The translations under genes were made by a program, and so were the position numbers. This document shows positions 17,284-25,981 of a DNA stretch of 64,000 bases, one piece after another (within the stretch, counting starts at the first letter, position 1; the number at the start of each line of letters is the position of its first letter). The DNA is from a virus, in the IMG/VR virus record IMGVR_UViG_3300029131_000181. One strand, given 5' to 3'. Under the pieces are notes generated by a model that saw only the letters and a program-made list of their open reading frames with translations, had not been told where the DNA came from and made no database searches.

Positions 17284-18807
17284 TCAGGCAGCCATCTTCG
17301 CTGCGGTTTTGCCCTTCGGACCCTTCTTCCGTGCATTGGCTTCAAGCTCCTTCTTGTTGGTATCATACCAAACCTCGAACTCCTTGAAGTTGTTCAACGC
17401 CCAAATCTCAGGAGAAGCCTTGCGACCGTAAGTTTCTTCCAACAGGTGGATAACTTTGCGGCCAACTTCTTCCATGATTTCGGCATCGTATTTGCCGCCA
17501 CCGCAGTAAAACCCTTCAGGCATAATAATGTCGTATTTAGGGTCAAGAACTTCAAGCCCCGGCTCCAAAACGCGAATGCCTTTGTAGCCAGCTTTGCGTA
17601 CAGCTTCAAATTTGAAGCGGTCCTTTTCGGCAGCATCTGCGTGCGGATATTTTCCATTATACTCATAAATGAGTCTCTGGATATGGTCCACGAAGTCTAA
17701 TCCCAAAAGACTATTTTCGCCCAAGATGTTTCGAACATCAAAGAAGGGGTTGGCAATTCCGTTTTCACCGGCAAATGCCAACATGGGACGTGTGTAAAAC
17801 CACTCCGGCTTGGAAATGGCATTGATTCTTCGCATTTTGCAGTCGTAGCATCCAGTAAGACCGTTGTTCACAGAACGAACAATATTGTTAATTGCAGCTT
17901 CGAATTCTTGCCCGCAATCACGGCATTTGAAGAAGGCTTTTTTGTTGCTTTGAACAGTTACTTCTGAAGCAGAAAGCTTGTTTTTACTACTCCACATGGA
18001 GGCTGCTTTCGGACATTGCGACGCAAGGTCATTGATGCCGGGAACAACCCTCCGACCTACGCAAACTAGGCATCCAGTGTTGCCGTTTTTTACAGCACAA
18101 ACAACATCTCCAATTATGGCTTTGAACTCTTGCCCACAATCCGGGCACACAAAGAAAGCTTTTTTCCCGCTTTTAGCTGTGACTTCTGAAGCGGAAAGCT
18201 TATTTTTATTACTCCACATAGCGGCTGCTTCTGGGCACTGTGACGCAAGGTCATTGATGCCAGGGGCAACTCTTAGTCCTCTGCAAACAGGGCAACCTGT
18301 GTTTCCGTTACTTACAGAATAGACAACGTGTTCGATTTTGGCTTCAAATTCTTCCCCGCAGTCCGGGCATACGAATATCGCCTTTTTGTTGCATTTGACA
18401 GCAATTTCCGAGGCAGACTTTTTGTTTTTGTTACTCCACATAGCTGCAATTTCCGGGTATTTCGACGCAAGGTCGTTGATGCCGGGGATAATCTTTCTTC
18501 CTGCGCAAACAGAGCAACCCGTGAATCCCTTGTCTACAGAACGAACAACATTAAAGATTCTGCTTTCAAATTCCTGCCCGCAATCAGGACACACAAAAGT
18601 GAGTTTTTTATTGCTTCCAGTAGTAACTTCAAAGGCAAGTTTCTTATCTTTTTCGCTCAGCATTGCAGCTACTTTTGGGCAAGCAACAGCAAGGCAATTT
18701 TTCTTAACCACTTCATACGGCATCTCAATGCCAAGAGCCGGAATAGGAGCGCAAGAAGCGCAGTTGCAAGAGTTAGCGTGCATCATAATTTTCATGTTAG
18801 TATTCAT
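17284..18807 (-). CDS. zinc-ribbon repeat protein (4x treble-clef DUF4379-like repeats) with C-terminal Vsr/DUF559-like endonuclease domain
   Basis: Four tandem ~75 aa repeats, each FVCPDCGQEF...GNTGC.VC.G...PGINDLAS...AAMWS.KNK. C-terminal IYEYNGKYPHADAAEKDRFKFEAVRKAGYKGIRV matches the Vsr/DUF559 E-x-DG...H...D..R...L...G..V.R pattern. Start refined to MNTNMK with AAAGGAG RBS. Confidence 0.7.
   Translation of the reverse strand: MNTNMKIMMHANSCNCASCAPIPALGIEMPYEVVKKNCLAVACPKVAAMLSEKDKKLAFEVTTGSNKKLTFVCPDCGQEFESRIFNVVRSVDKGFTGCSVCAGRKIIPGINDLASKYPEIAAMWSNKNKKSASEIAVKCNKKAIFVCPDCGEEFEAKIEHVVYSVSNGNTGCPVCRGLRVAPGINDLASQCPEAAAMWSNKNKLSASEVTAKSGKKAFFVCPDCGQEFKAIIGDVVCAVKNGNTGCLVCVGRRVVPGINDLASQCPKAASMWSSKNKLSASEVTVQSNKKAFFKCRDCGQEFEAAINNIVRSVNNGLTGCYDCKMRRINAISKPEWFYTRPMLAFAGENGIANPFFDVRNILGENSLLGLDFVDHIQRLIYEYNGKYPHADAAEKDRFKFEAVRKAGYKGIRVLEPGLEVLDPKYDIIMPEGFYCGGGKYDAEIMEEVGRKVIHLLEETYGRKASPEIWALNNFKEFEVWYDTNKKELEANARKKGPKGKTAAKMAA
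17930..18640. repeat. intragenic tandem nucleotide repeats (~225 bp units, about 85% identical)
   Basis: For example, 17950-18090 versus 18175-18310 align base for base with few substitutions. They encode the zinc-ribbon repeat units. Confidence 0.6.
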
Positions 18808-18837
18808 GATAGATTTCTCCTTTGTTATCAATAAAAA

Positions 18838-18888
18838 TAAAAAAGCAGCCACCCTTCCCTCTTTTGAGGGCAAAAGCGACTGCTTTAC
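18838..18888 (-). terminator. intrinsic terminator
   Basis: Long imperfect hairpin AAGCAGCC...GGCTGCTT with U-runs in minus orientation. Confidence 0.4.
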
Positions 18889-18927
18889 GTTCAATGGGTA
18901 TTGAGTTGTTATTCATGAAGAATTGCT

Positions 18928-19113
18928 TCACTCGTCCAGCATAACCTGCAAACGGGCGTTGAATTCCTTCATGTCGGCGCTTTCCTCGGCTGCAGCAAGG
19001 ACACGCGGATAAATTTCCGGATTCATGCTCTTCAGCATGTTCAGAGTAGAAAGAAGCAGAGGGTTGGTGATAGTCATAGTAAGCATCTCCTTGTTATTCA
19101 TAGTAATGTTCAA
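18928..19113 (-). CDS. small hypothetical protein (61 aa)
   Basis: ATGA overlap with the upstream gene. Confidence 0.35.
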   Translation of the reverse strand: MNITMNNKEMLTMTITNPLLLSTLNMLKSMNPEIYPRVLAAAEESADMKEFNARLQVMLDE

Positions 19114-19949
19114 ACGTTGGTATTCGTGCGATGGCCTTTCAGCGTGCCCTTGTTGAACTGTGTCAAACGGGCGTGCTTCAGAACAAATCCGTCTTCGAAT
19201 TGAACGTCAACGGCGTTTGTGCTGATGATGCGAATGATGGTTGCTTTCGAGCCATCATTCATGGTCTTGGTCATAGGTCCGCTATACTCGACCTTAAAAT
19301 CGAAAGGAAGCGGCTTATGCTTGGTGCAGCAGGGACAAGAAGAACTGCCGTTATTGATGCAGTGGACAAGAGAATTCACGTGAGTGACGTATTCTTCTCC
19401 GCAATCCGGGCATACAATGACGACCTTCTTGCAGCTATTGGCACTTACTTCACGCGGGGAGAAAGCGTTTTTGCTGCTCCACATTTTTGCCACGGCAGGA
19501 GATGTGGTTGCCAAGTCATTGGTTCCGGGAACGACTTTCATGCCACGGCATACGGGGCAAGTGAAGGTTCCATTCTCGATGTCTTTGACCAAAGAGATGA
19601 TTTTTGTTGTGTACTCTGCATGACAATCAGGGCATACAACAATCACCTTTTCGGGACTGTCACAGCGAACTTCGTCGGGATGAATCGTGTTTTTAGGACT
19701 CCACATAGCTGCAATTTTGGGATACTTGGTAGCCAAATCATTGACTCCGGGAACAAGCTTTTCGCTATGGGTTTCTTCGGCTTTGAATGCCGTAGTTACC
19801 TTACGGTTTTTGACCGTTTTGAATCGGCAGACAGGGCAGGCAGTTACGCCACGCTGCTTAGCTCTAACAAGGTTTGCCTCGTAGGTTGTGTATTTGCAAC
19901 CGCAATCGGGGCAGATGGTGATGACTTTTTCGTTCATGTTAATGTTATT
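19110..19949 (-). CDS. zinc-ribbon repeat protein (paralogue of 17284..18807), no recognisable nuclease domain
   Basis: Repeats ITICPDCGCKY...ACPVCRF, VVCPDCHAEY...CPVCRGMKVVPGTNDLAT, VIVCPDCGEEY...SSCPCC. Start refined to MNNINMNEK. The 5' extension overlaps a terminator and a promoter. Confidence 0.6.
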   Translation of the reverse strand, partial: NNINMNEKVITICPDCGCKYTTYEANLVRAKQRGVTACPVCRFKTVKNRKVTTAFKAEETHSEKLVPGVNDLATKYPKIAAMWSPKNTIHPDEVRCDSPEKVIVVCPDCHAEYTTKIISLVKDIENGTFTCPVCRGMKVVPGTNDLATTSPAVAKMWSSKNAFSPREVSANSCKKVVIVCPDCGEEYVTHVNSLVHCINNGSSSCPCCTKHKPLPFDFKVEYSGPMTKTMNDGSKATIIRIISTNAVDVQFEDGFVLKHARLTQFNKGTLKGHRTNTNV

Positions 19950-20009
19950 CATGATAGTTCCGGGTGCTGCTCTTGATGCAATCTCCACAGCGGGTCGGTC
20001 GCTTCTGCA

Positions 20010-20045
20010 AAACAAAAAGGACAACCTCAAAATGAGGCTGTCCTT
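20010..20045 (-). terminator. leader terminator between promoter (20101..20128) and the zinc-ribbon gene
   Basis: AAGGACAACCTC-aaaat-GAGGCTGTCCTT perfect 12 bp stem plus U-run. About 55 nt upstream of the start codon. Confidence 0.5.
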
Positions 20046-20100
20046 GCAAAAGCGGAATGTTAAAAATAAATTGGTAAGTGGTATCTTTGATACAACATCT

Positions 20101-20128
20101 ATCATAGCCATCTCGCACACATTGTCAA
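20101..20128 (-). promoter_or_regulatory. strong sigma-70-like promoter
   Basis: Minus strand reads TTGACA-atgtgtgcgagatggc-TATGAT (16 nt spacer). The spacer resembles the conserved element. Confidence 0.55.
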
Positions 20129-20130
20129 AC

Positions 20131-20168
20131 AAAAAAAGACCCTGCCCGCATTTTGCTGCGAGCAGGGT
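20131..20168 (-). terminator. intrinsic terminator after the acidic-protein gene
   Basis: ACCCTGCCCGC...GCGAGCAGGGT hairpin flanked by A- and T-runs. Possibly bidirectional. Confidence 0.5.
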
Positions 20169-20188
20169 TTGCTTTTGCACTGTTGTGC

Positions 20189-20509
20189 TTAGCCTTCAAG
20201 GTCGAAGGTGTAGCTGTCTTCTTTCATTGCAACAAGGCCCTTAAACGTCTGGCACTCGGCGTCGTCCAGGAATGCCTTGATGGTCAGGCTGGTATCCTCG
20301 TTATCCAGCCATTCGGGACGCATACGGACAACGAGGTCGTGCAGCTCTCCGACGACATAGGCCATCAGGTCCTGGTCGCCCAGGGCCTCACCAATTGCTT
20401 CATCATCGTATTCGACAGGGAAGCTGATGGAAGCGGCGAGGCCGTCGAGTTCGTCAAAATCTTTGGGACGGATTACAGTGGCTTCAAGTTTCAGAATGCT
20501 AGTGCTCAT
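20189..20509 (-). CDS. small highly acidic protein (106 aa)
   Basis: About 25% Asp+Glu with few basic residues. AAGGAG RBS. Directly downstream of promoter P5. Confidence 0.55.
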   Translation of the reverse strand: MSTSILKLEATVIRPKDFDELDGLAASISFPVEYDDEAIGEALGDQDLMAYVVGELHDLVVRMRPEWLDNEDTSLTIKAFLDDAECQTFKGLVAMKEDSYTFDLEG

Positions 20510-20557
20510 GGTAAAATCTCCTTTTTGTGTGTTGTGGTTTGTCTTTCAACATTTTTA

Positions 20558-20585
20558 ATTGTACGCAATTCGCACGCTGTAGCAA
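20558..20585 (-). promoter_or_regulatory. promoter P5 with conserved spacer element
   Basis: Minus strand reads TTGCTA-cagcgtgcgaattgcg-TACAAT. Confidence 0.55.
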
Positions 20586-20638
20586 TACAAAATTTCTTAT
20601 ATTGGGTTCGCAATTTCTTGTATTTGCCTTGGGATTCT

Positions 20639-20720
20639 GCACAAATCAAGACCTATGAAAGGGTGAAATCCTACACAAATCAAGACCTTAACACACCCCA
20701 AAAACAACACAAATCAAGGA
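20639..20720. repeat. three 14-15 bp direct repeats (A/G)CACAAATCAAG(A/G)(C/A) at exact 34 bp spacing (iteron-like)
   Basis: Copies begin at 20639, 20673 and 20707. The surrounding region (20590-20775) has no convincing ORF. Confidence 0.55.
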
Positions 20721-20776
20721 TTTTGCTTCACCAATTCTTGCCGCCGTGTACACCGCACACCAGGCAAAACGCCTCA

Positions 20777-21070
20777 TCAATGCTCCTGCAGTTCATCGAC
20801 CTGAATCCGCGTGGGCCCATGAGCATGTTCCCGCACAAAATATAGGTTTCGCTCATGCCCCGGCCGCTGATACTTATGGTGTTCCCAAAGACATGAACGG
20901 TTGAGCCATCTCGACACATGGCAAACATTATATACGTCTCGCTTTCTGTTTTTGTTTCTTATCATTCTAGGCAAATCGCATAATGAGTCAATTTCAGACA
21001 TTCTGGAATAAGCATCCATTAGGCAGCGTTCCCTTTTGAGGTTGTTGGCTACATAATAACCACGTGGCAT
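20777..21070 (-). CDS. hypothetical small basic protein (uncertain)
   Basis: 97 aa ORF starting immediately after the TAA of the upstream gene (TAAATG). Arg/His-rich. Could be non-coding. Confidence 0.25.
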   Translation of the reverse strand: MPRGYYVANNLKRERCLMDAYSRMSEIDSLCDLPRMIRNKNRKRDVYNVCHVSRWLNRSCLWEHHKYQRPGHERNLYFVREHAHGPTRIQVDELQEH

Positions 21071-21880
21071 TTATTCTTCCGCACTAATCATCAGCCCATG
21101 AATGTAGTTTTTTGAATGGCTTTTCCCACTTTTTAACGCTTTTACATCAATAATAGCAGCTCTATAAATAGGCTGTTTCAACCTTCTAAAGCCATCGGAC
21201 AATTTGTCGTAATATTTATATGGTGCGTACCAAATCATGTAATCTGCATCACTATTTTTTATGATGCTTTGAAATTTTATATCATGTGCATAGAAGTGGA
21301 GCTGTGACGGAGAGACATAATTGATTTGACCTTTTTCAGGGATAATATAAGTTTGACCGGCGAAAAGTTGCGTATATGCAGTGGATTCGTCATAAACAAA
21401 AAATATAGTTTTGAAGTTTTCATGGTTTTGTTGGTAAAGTGGAATTTTGTTATTGTGACTCGAAACAACTCGCTCAAAGGAATCAAAATACCACTTGAAT
21501 TGATGGTCCTCCATTGTAGGCAAGTCCGTAACAGCGTTTATTACGACATCTTGTGTTTCGCTTGTAATGACGCCAGCATTTTTGAATTTTCTATACACTT
21601 GACTTTCTTTTTCTGCTTTTGGATTATATAATTTGCCTTTTTTCCCTTTCCTCGTATTATCCTCTATCTTCATAACATCCATCATAAGGCCATATTTATC
21701 CGAGTAAAAATCCGGTGGTGGTGCATTATGTGCAGAGGTATCTATCCATTCATTCCAGAAGTTTTTGCTTTGAATGATGGAACGCAGTTCCGCTTCTTCT
21801 TTTGTATTACATAATAAGCAAATTTCTTTTGTTGGCTCTGTTTGAAATTTACGAATTAACTGTTTTTCTGATTCAATCAT
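21071..21880 (-). CDS. hypothetical protein
   Basis: Start refined to MIESEKQ with an AAGAGGG RBS. AT-rich gene. Confidence 0.5.
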   Translation of the reverse strand: MIESEKQLIRKFQTEPTKEICLLCNTKEEAELRSIIQSKNFWNEWIDTSAHNAPPPDFYSDKYGLMMDVMKIEDNTRKGKKGKLYNPKAEKESQVYRKFKNAGVITSETQDVVINAVTDLPTMEDHQFKWYFDSFERVVSSHNNKIPLYQQNHENFKTIFFVYDESTAYTQLFAGQTYIIPEKGQINYVSPSQLHFYAHDIKFQSIIKNSDADYMIWYAPYKYYDKLSDGFRRLKQPIYRAAIIDVKALKSGKSHSKNYIHGLMISAEE

Positions 21881-21912
21881 AACCATCGCCCTCTTTCTGC
21901 GAAACAAAAAGC

Positions 21913-21986
21913 TTCCCACCGCAGTCAGTGTGATACTGATTACGATGGAGGATTAAACCTTTTGTGATAGTCTTATTATACCACGC
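21913..21986 (-). promoter_or_regulatory. repeated promoter/5'-leader element copy A (extended -10 TGGTATAAT)
   Basis: About 75 bp, about 85% identical to 23291..23368. Minus strand reads gcgTGgTATAATaag followed by a conserved leader. Confidence 0.45.
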
Positions 21987-22173
21987 TTCGTGAATTACTC
22001 GAATTACTCAAGGCCAATCTTAGTACACCCCTCCTTCAGGTGGGGTAGTTGACTTGTATGAGGTTCGCATAATCGGTTAACCGTCATACCTCATGAATCC
22101 GACCAGACCGGACTTTAAATTTCTTTGTAAACAAAAAATAGTCCGCACAGAACTGAATCTGTACGGGCTCGTA

Positions 22174-22638
22174 TTAGTCATGAGGATGTTCGTGGCATGG
22201 TTCAGGCGGCATACCATGCGGGTCAGGCTCTTGGAAGTGACCATGGTCCCCGATGATTTCCGAAGTACGGATACCGTTCGCTTTCCGGCAAGCCTCAATG
22301 GTTTTAGAAAGCACTTCCTTGACATCGCGCGGGTTCTTGATACGACGGATATCGATTTCCGGTGTCATAGCATCCGTGGAGCAGAGATGGATGCTGCCAA
22401 CACGGCACAGACGCTCATAGAAGTTCTGCTTGAATGCGATGTCCCGGACGCGGTACAGCTGAATCTCGTCCTCGCGCAAATTGAAGCAGCCACGCTGGAT
22501 GATGAGTTTGGTCTCGGTCAGGGTGTACTTCGTAAAGGATAGCGGCAGAGAAAAAATGGTGTGGCGTTTTCGGTCGGTCCAGAGAATTTTCTCCTTGTCC
22601 AAGTCGATGCCGAACTCGCCGTTTTTGAGGGTGGACAT
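22174..22638 (-). CDS. bacterial PH-domain (bPH_2/DUF304-like) protein with His-rich C-terminus
   Basis: The pattern TETKLIIQRGCFNLREDEIQLYRVRDIAFKQNFYERLCRVGSIHL fits the bPH_2 fold. Extended -10 TGGTATAAT at 22731-22739 upstream. Confidence 0.6.
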   Translation of the reverse strand: MSTLKNGEFGIDLDKEKILWTDRKRHTIFSLPLSFTKYTLTETKLIIQRGCFNLREDEIQLYRVRDIAFKQNFYERLCRVGSIHLCSTDAMTPEIDIRRIKNPRDVKEVLSKTIEACRKANGIRTSEIIGDHGHFQEPDPHGMPPEPCHEHPHD

Positions 22639-22815
22639 GGTATGGTTCCTTTCGTTATGTGATTGGTTTTGGTTATTGGTATTCTGCTTGATGGTGTGTG
22701 GAATGATGTTATAGTCTTTATATTGAGTATATTATACCATGCTGTGATGATTTTAGCAATTCCATTTAAAGTGTTAGTACGCAAACAAAGCCCGGTTCAC
22801 TATTGGTCTCCAATA

Positions 22816-23265
22816 TCAACCATTTTCTAGGTTCCCTGTGCTCTTGTTTGTTGCGGAAAGGACGTATTCTTTGCCGTATAGTGTTACCCAAAAATTGTTA
22901 CAACTACCATTAAAATAGCCACGATTTTTCAAGTCTTCGAAACGTAGGCGCGCTTTTCTTGTCGCTTCTTTTTGGTTTGCGTTGTTTTCTCGGTCTTTGT
23001 ATCCATTTCCCGTCATAAAAAGCATTCGCAATTCAGAGTTGTTATCAATCACTATAGGAACACTATCTTGACCATTTGCGAGTTCTAGTGCCTTTTTCAA
23101 TATTGTAATAGATTCCTTGCCATCAATCTTGGAAAGCCATTCTTCAGCGTCCTTAGTAGTCACTGTCACTTTTTCATTTCTCATAACAGCTTTTTTTCGC
23201 TTATTATGGTAATAAGTATAAATGTGCTGTGCCACAATTTTCTTGTCGTCATTTTCGCTTTTCAT
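22816..23265 (-). CDS. hypothetical protein
   Basis: 149 aa ORF preceded by repeated promoter/leader element copy B. Confidence 0.5.
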   Translation of the reverse strand: MKSENDDKKIVAQHIYTYYHNKRKKAVMRNEKVTVTTKDAEEWLSKIDGKESITILKKALELANGQDSVPIVIDNNSELRMLFMTGNGYKDRENNANQKEATRKARLRFEDLKNRGYFNGSCNNFWVTLYGKEYVLSATNKSTGNLENG

Positions 23266-23290
23266 ACAGAATCCTCCTTAAAATAAACAG

Positions 23291-23368
23291 CCTCCCACCG
23301 CAGTCAGCATACTACTGATTACGATGGGAGGCTCAAAACCTTTTGTGATGGTTCTATTATATCACGCC
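23291..23368 (-). promoter_or_regulatory. repeated promoter/5'-leader element copy B (extended -10 TGATATAAT)
   Basis: Homologous to 21913..21986. Confidence 0.45.
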
Positions 23369-23399
23369 TTGCGAAAAACTCAAGGCAAATTTCAATAAC

Positions 23400-23789
23400 T
23401 CAGTCAATATCTAAGTTACCAAAATCATCTGCAGGAGGCTCGTTGTACCAGTCATACTCCTCTGCTTTTTCATCATCCAAATCGTCATCAAAGAAGTCGT
23501 CATCAGTGACGGGAATGTCTTCCCTGATGTCCTGCTGTGGCACGAACGTGGCAGCGGTAGCGGTATAGTCGCCGTCTTCGAGCACAATCTGCACGGTTGC
23601 GATATCCCCTACTTTGGGGACAGAACCGTTCTGAACGGATGCATCGGGGTTACGCTGGACATCCACCTCGACATCGAGCGCCGGGATGAAGACCACGATG
23701 GTCTTGTGGGTGACGGTAGTCACGGTTCCGGAGTAAGCGGCTTCGTTTTCGTGAATGTCCTGGCGGACGGTTTTCTTAGTATTAAACAT
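23400..23789 (-). CDS. hypothetical acidic protein
   Basis: 129 aa. C-terminal half is Asp/Glu-rich (DDDFFDDDLDDEKAEEYDWY). GAGGTAGAAG RBS. Confidence 0.5.
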   Translation of the reverse strand: MFNTKKTVRQDIHENEAAYSGTVTTVTHKTIVVFIPALDVEVDVQRNPDASVQNGSVPKVGDIATVQIVLEDGDYTATAATFVPQQDIREDIPVTDDDFFDDDLDDEKAEEYDWYNEPPADDFGNLDID

Positions 23790-23809
23790 TAACTTCTACC
23801 TCGCTGATT

Positions 23810-24270
23810 TTGTATGCTTCATCGTGGACCTCCCCACCTAAACCTTTCGGCTATAGTTGGGGCTTCTCCGTGGGTTGTAACCCCACGGTAAGTCTCTGCG
23901 TAACCCGAAGGTAGAGATACGACCCGAACTTAGCTAACAATGCCTGACGGCATTGGTCGCCACATAGGGGTTAGTCTCCCGCAAAGTTCTCGCAACACAG
24001 TGTAATCCCAACAGATGGGCCCGGGCTGTTGAGTCGCCACGGGGGGCTCAACAGTGAATGCAACTGTTTAAGGGAGTACAATGTGCATTGGGTTCTACGC
24101 TCAATGTCAGGAACTTTAGCCTTACACTGAGACCATGCCTTCTTTGACATGGGTTTTGTTACCTCGCGGATGAAATACCGGGCACCAATGTTATAATTGG
24201 GAGCTAGAAAACCCGCAGGCTTTCCTGTGGTATGAACGGCTCCTGTTTTTGAATTTTTTTGTAAAATAAC
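23810..24270. ncRNA. ORF-free structured region (candidate ncRNA or long structured 5' leader)
   Basis: About 450 bp without ORFs between divergent genes, with higher local GC. Perfect hairpins CCGTGGG-ttgtaac-CCCACGG and CAACAG-N11-CTGTTG. Ends on the plus strand with GGAGC...GCTCC plus a T-run (24205-24270). Confidence 0.2.
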
Positions 24271-24353
24271 GACCTAGCAGCTTGGCCAACGGTATAGAAT
24301 GCATGTATAATATATGTATGAAATGATACTACATAACTGTCGGAGGAATCTTT

Positions 24354-24758
24354 ATGGCATTGCCCGGTATGCTTGAGCTTACGAAGGAACAAACGCAACG
24401 GCTTGTGAATATCATCGAGGATAAGCAAGGTTGTATTTGCAACGTATCTAATAGTATGCGCACAGTCTGGATTACTTCTGATGACGGTGAAAATGAACTT
24501 AGGGTTTCATTTCTTTGTAATTTTGCTTTGGTTATTTCACGTGTTAGGTTTTCTATAAAGCGTCATGGTACAATGTCTCTGTTGCTCGATGCGTTGAAAG
24601 AAATTTGCGAAGACTATGGTGTGCATCGTATCGTTATGCAATCTGTACTAACTCGTGAAATGGAAGTCTTTTGTCATAAAGCTGGGTTTCGAGCAGACCC
24701 GAACGCAACAATGGAGGTTGATGGGATTCTTACAGGGGATTATAAATTGGATTTTTGA
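24354..24758 (+). CDS. GNAT-family acetyltransferase-like protein
   Basis: C-terminal GTMSLLLDALKEICEDYGVHRIVMQSVLTREMEVFCHKAGF resembles the GNAT acetyl-CoA binding core. GGAGG RBS. Plus-strand promoter TTGGCC-N18-TATAAT upstream. Confidence 0.5.
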   Translation: MALPGMLELTKEQTQRLVNIIEDKQGCICNVSNSMRTVWITSDDGENELRVSFLCNFALVISRVRFSIKRHGTMSLLLDALKEICEDYGVHRIVMQSVLTREMEVFCHKAGFRADPNATMEVDGILTGDYKLDF

Positions 24759-24844
24759 AAAAATACGACATTTGTATTCCCATCTGTGCCGGTGAACATA
24801 CCGAACATGAAATAGCGATATTTTTTCATGATATGCTCCCACCA

Positions 24845-25981
24845 TTACATATCCGACTTCGCCGCATTACACTTCTTGCACAGCATCTGCAGATTGTCAT
24901 CAGTGGTATGTCCGCCCTTGCTCCAAGGAATGATGTGGTCGCCTTCCATATCCTCAAAGGCGTACTCGGTGTTGATGCCATTTGCAACGCACAAGGGGCA
25001 CTTGTGACCCTGCCGCTCATAGGCGCGGAGTTTCTGCGACTCAGTAAATGCACGAAGGGACAGATGCTTTTCGTCGCGCCAAGTGCGGTCAGAGAGGATG
25101 AACGGGACAATGCCTGCCTTCTTGGTCACGTCATCATCCAGCACGAGTTTCTTGATATCAGCGTCCAGAGCGTTGCTATTATACTGCTTTGCATGGTACT
25201 TGTTGTAGAGTAGTCCCCATGCCTGTGTATCCGTAATTCCCTTCCGCTTGGTCGGGAACAACATTTTAGCCCAGTTGATTACAGACTGGAAGTAAAGCCA
25301 GAGGTCATTGGCGTCCTCGTCATGCTGGTGAATCGCCATGTACATCTGCCCGGATTCCAGACCATCACGGTCAGCAATCCACGCCAGTGCCTTTTCCAGC
25401 AACTCCTGCCGAATCGGGTTACCTTTCAGGTATCCGTCAGCCATCTTCGCAGCAACACAGTTGCGTTTCGAGAAGTAGTTCTTGGCATCGGCCAGCCACG
25501 GTCCTGTATAAGTAGCGTTCAGCAGCTCCTGCGGAGTCAACACCTCACCGGCGATGTTGATGCGCTTGAACCATTCCAGTTTCTCGGCTTCGGAGCCTTC
25601 ACAGATATTCACGGTCAACTCGTAGTCCAGAATTTTCTGTTTTTCCTCATCTGTCAAGTTCTGGAAGAACTTGTCGTTGCCGTTGATTTTGACGGGGAAA
25701 TCCTTGTTGACATACTGTGCAATGGAAATTGTCCGCTGTTGTCCATCGAGAACCTCGTAGGTATCTGGACCGGTCTTGGACCAGTACATGAGGTTCAACG
25801 GGAATCCGTTCATTACCGAATCAATGACGGCTGCACGCTGTTTATCGGAGAAGCAAAAATTTCTTTGGTAGCTTGGCCTAATCGTGAGGCGATTGTTGTA
25901 CCCATATACGCCACTGTCTCCGTCATCCGAATAGTTCTCTACAAGGTCGGATACCTTGATTTTGGTTTCTGTGATTTTCAT
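24845..25981 (-). CDS. DUF262 (ParB-like NTPase, GmrSD N-domain) + HNH endonuclease fusion
   Basis: DGQQR motif (EVLDGQQRTISI). C-terminal HNH: CPLCVANG...EGDHIIPWSKGGHTTDDNLQMLCKKCNAAKS. Confidence 0.8.
   Translation of the reverse strand: MKITETKIKVSDLVENYSDDGDSGVYGYNNRLTIRPSYQRNFCFSDKQRAAVIDSVMNGFPLNLMYWSKTGPDTYEVLDGQQRTISIAQYVNKDFPVKINGNDKFFQNLTDEEKQKILDYELTVNICEGSEAEKLEWFKRINIAGEVLTPQELLNATYTGPWLADAKNYFSKRNCVAAKMADGYLKGNPIRQELLEKALAWIADRDGLESGQMYMAIHQHDEDANDLWLYFQSVINWAKMLFPTKRKGITDTQAWGLLYNKYHAKQYNSNALDADIKKLVLDDDVTKKAGIVPFILSDRTWRDEKHLSLRAFTESQKLRAYERQGHKCPLCVANGINTEYAFEDMEGDHIIPWSKGGHTTDDNLQMLCKKCNAAKSDM

Noticed and set aside
20590-20625. A second copy of the promoter motif (attgcgaacccaatataag) just upstream of P5.
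   Set aside because: The -35 and -10 are both weak and the spacing is off. Probably a degenerate duplicate rather than an active promoter.
23810-24270. tRNA, tmRNA, RNase P RNA, group II intron or known riboswitch in the structured ORF-free region.
   Set aside because: No GTTCGAATCC-type T-arm, no tmRNA tag frame, no RNase P conserved blocks (GGAAAGTCCGGGC / ACAGAAAGTGCCACAG), and no domain V or riboswitch cores were found by eye. Left as an unassigned candidate.
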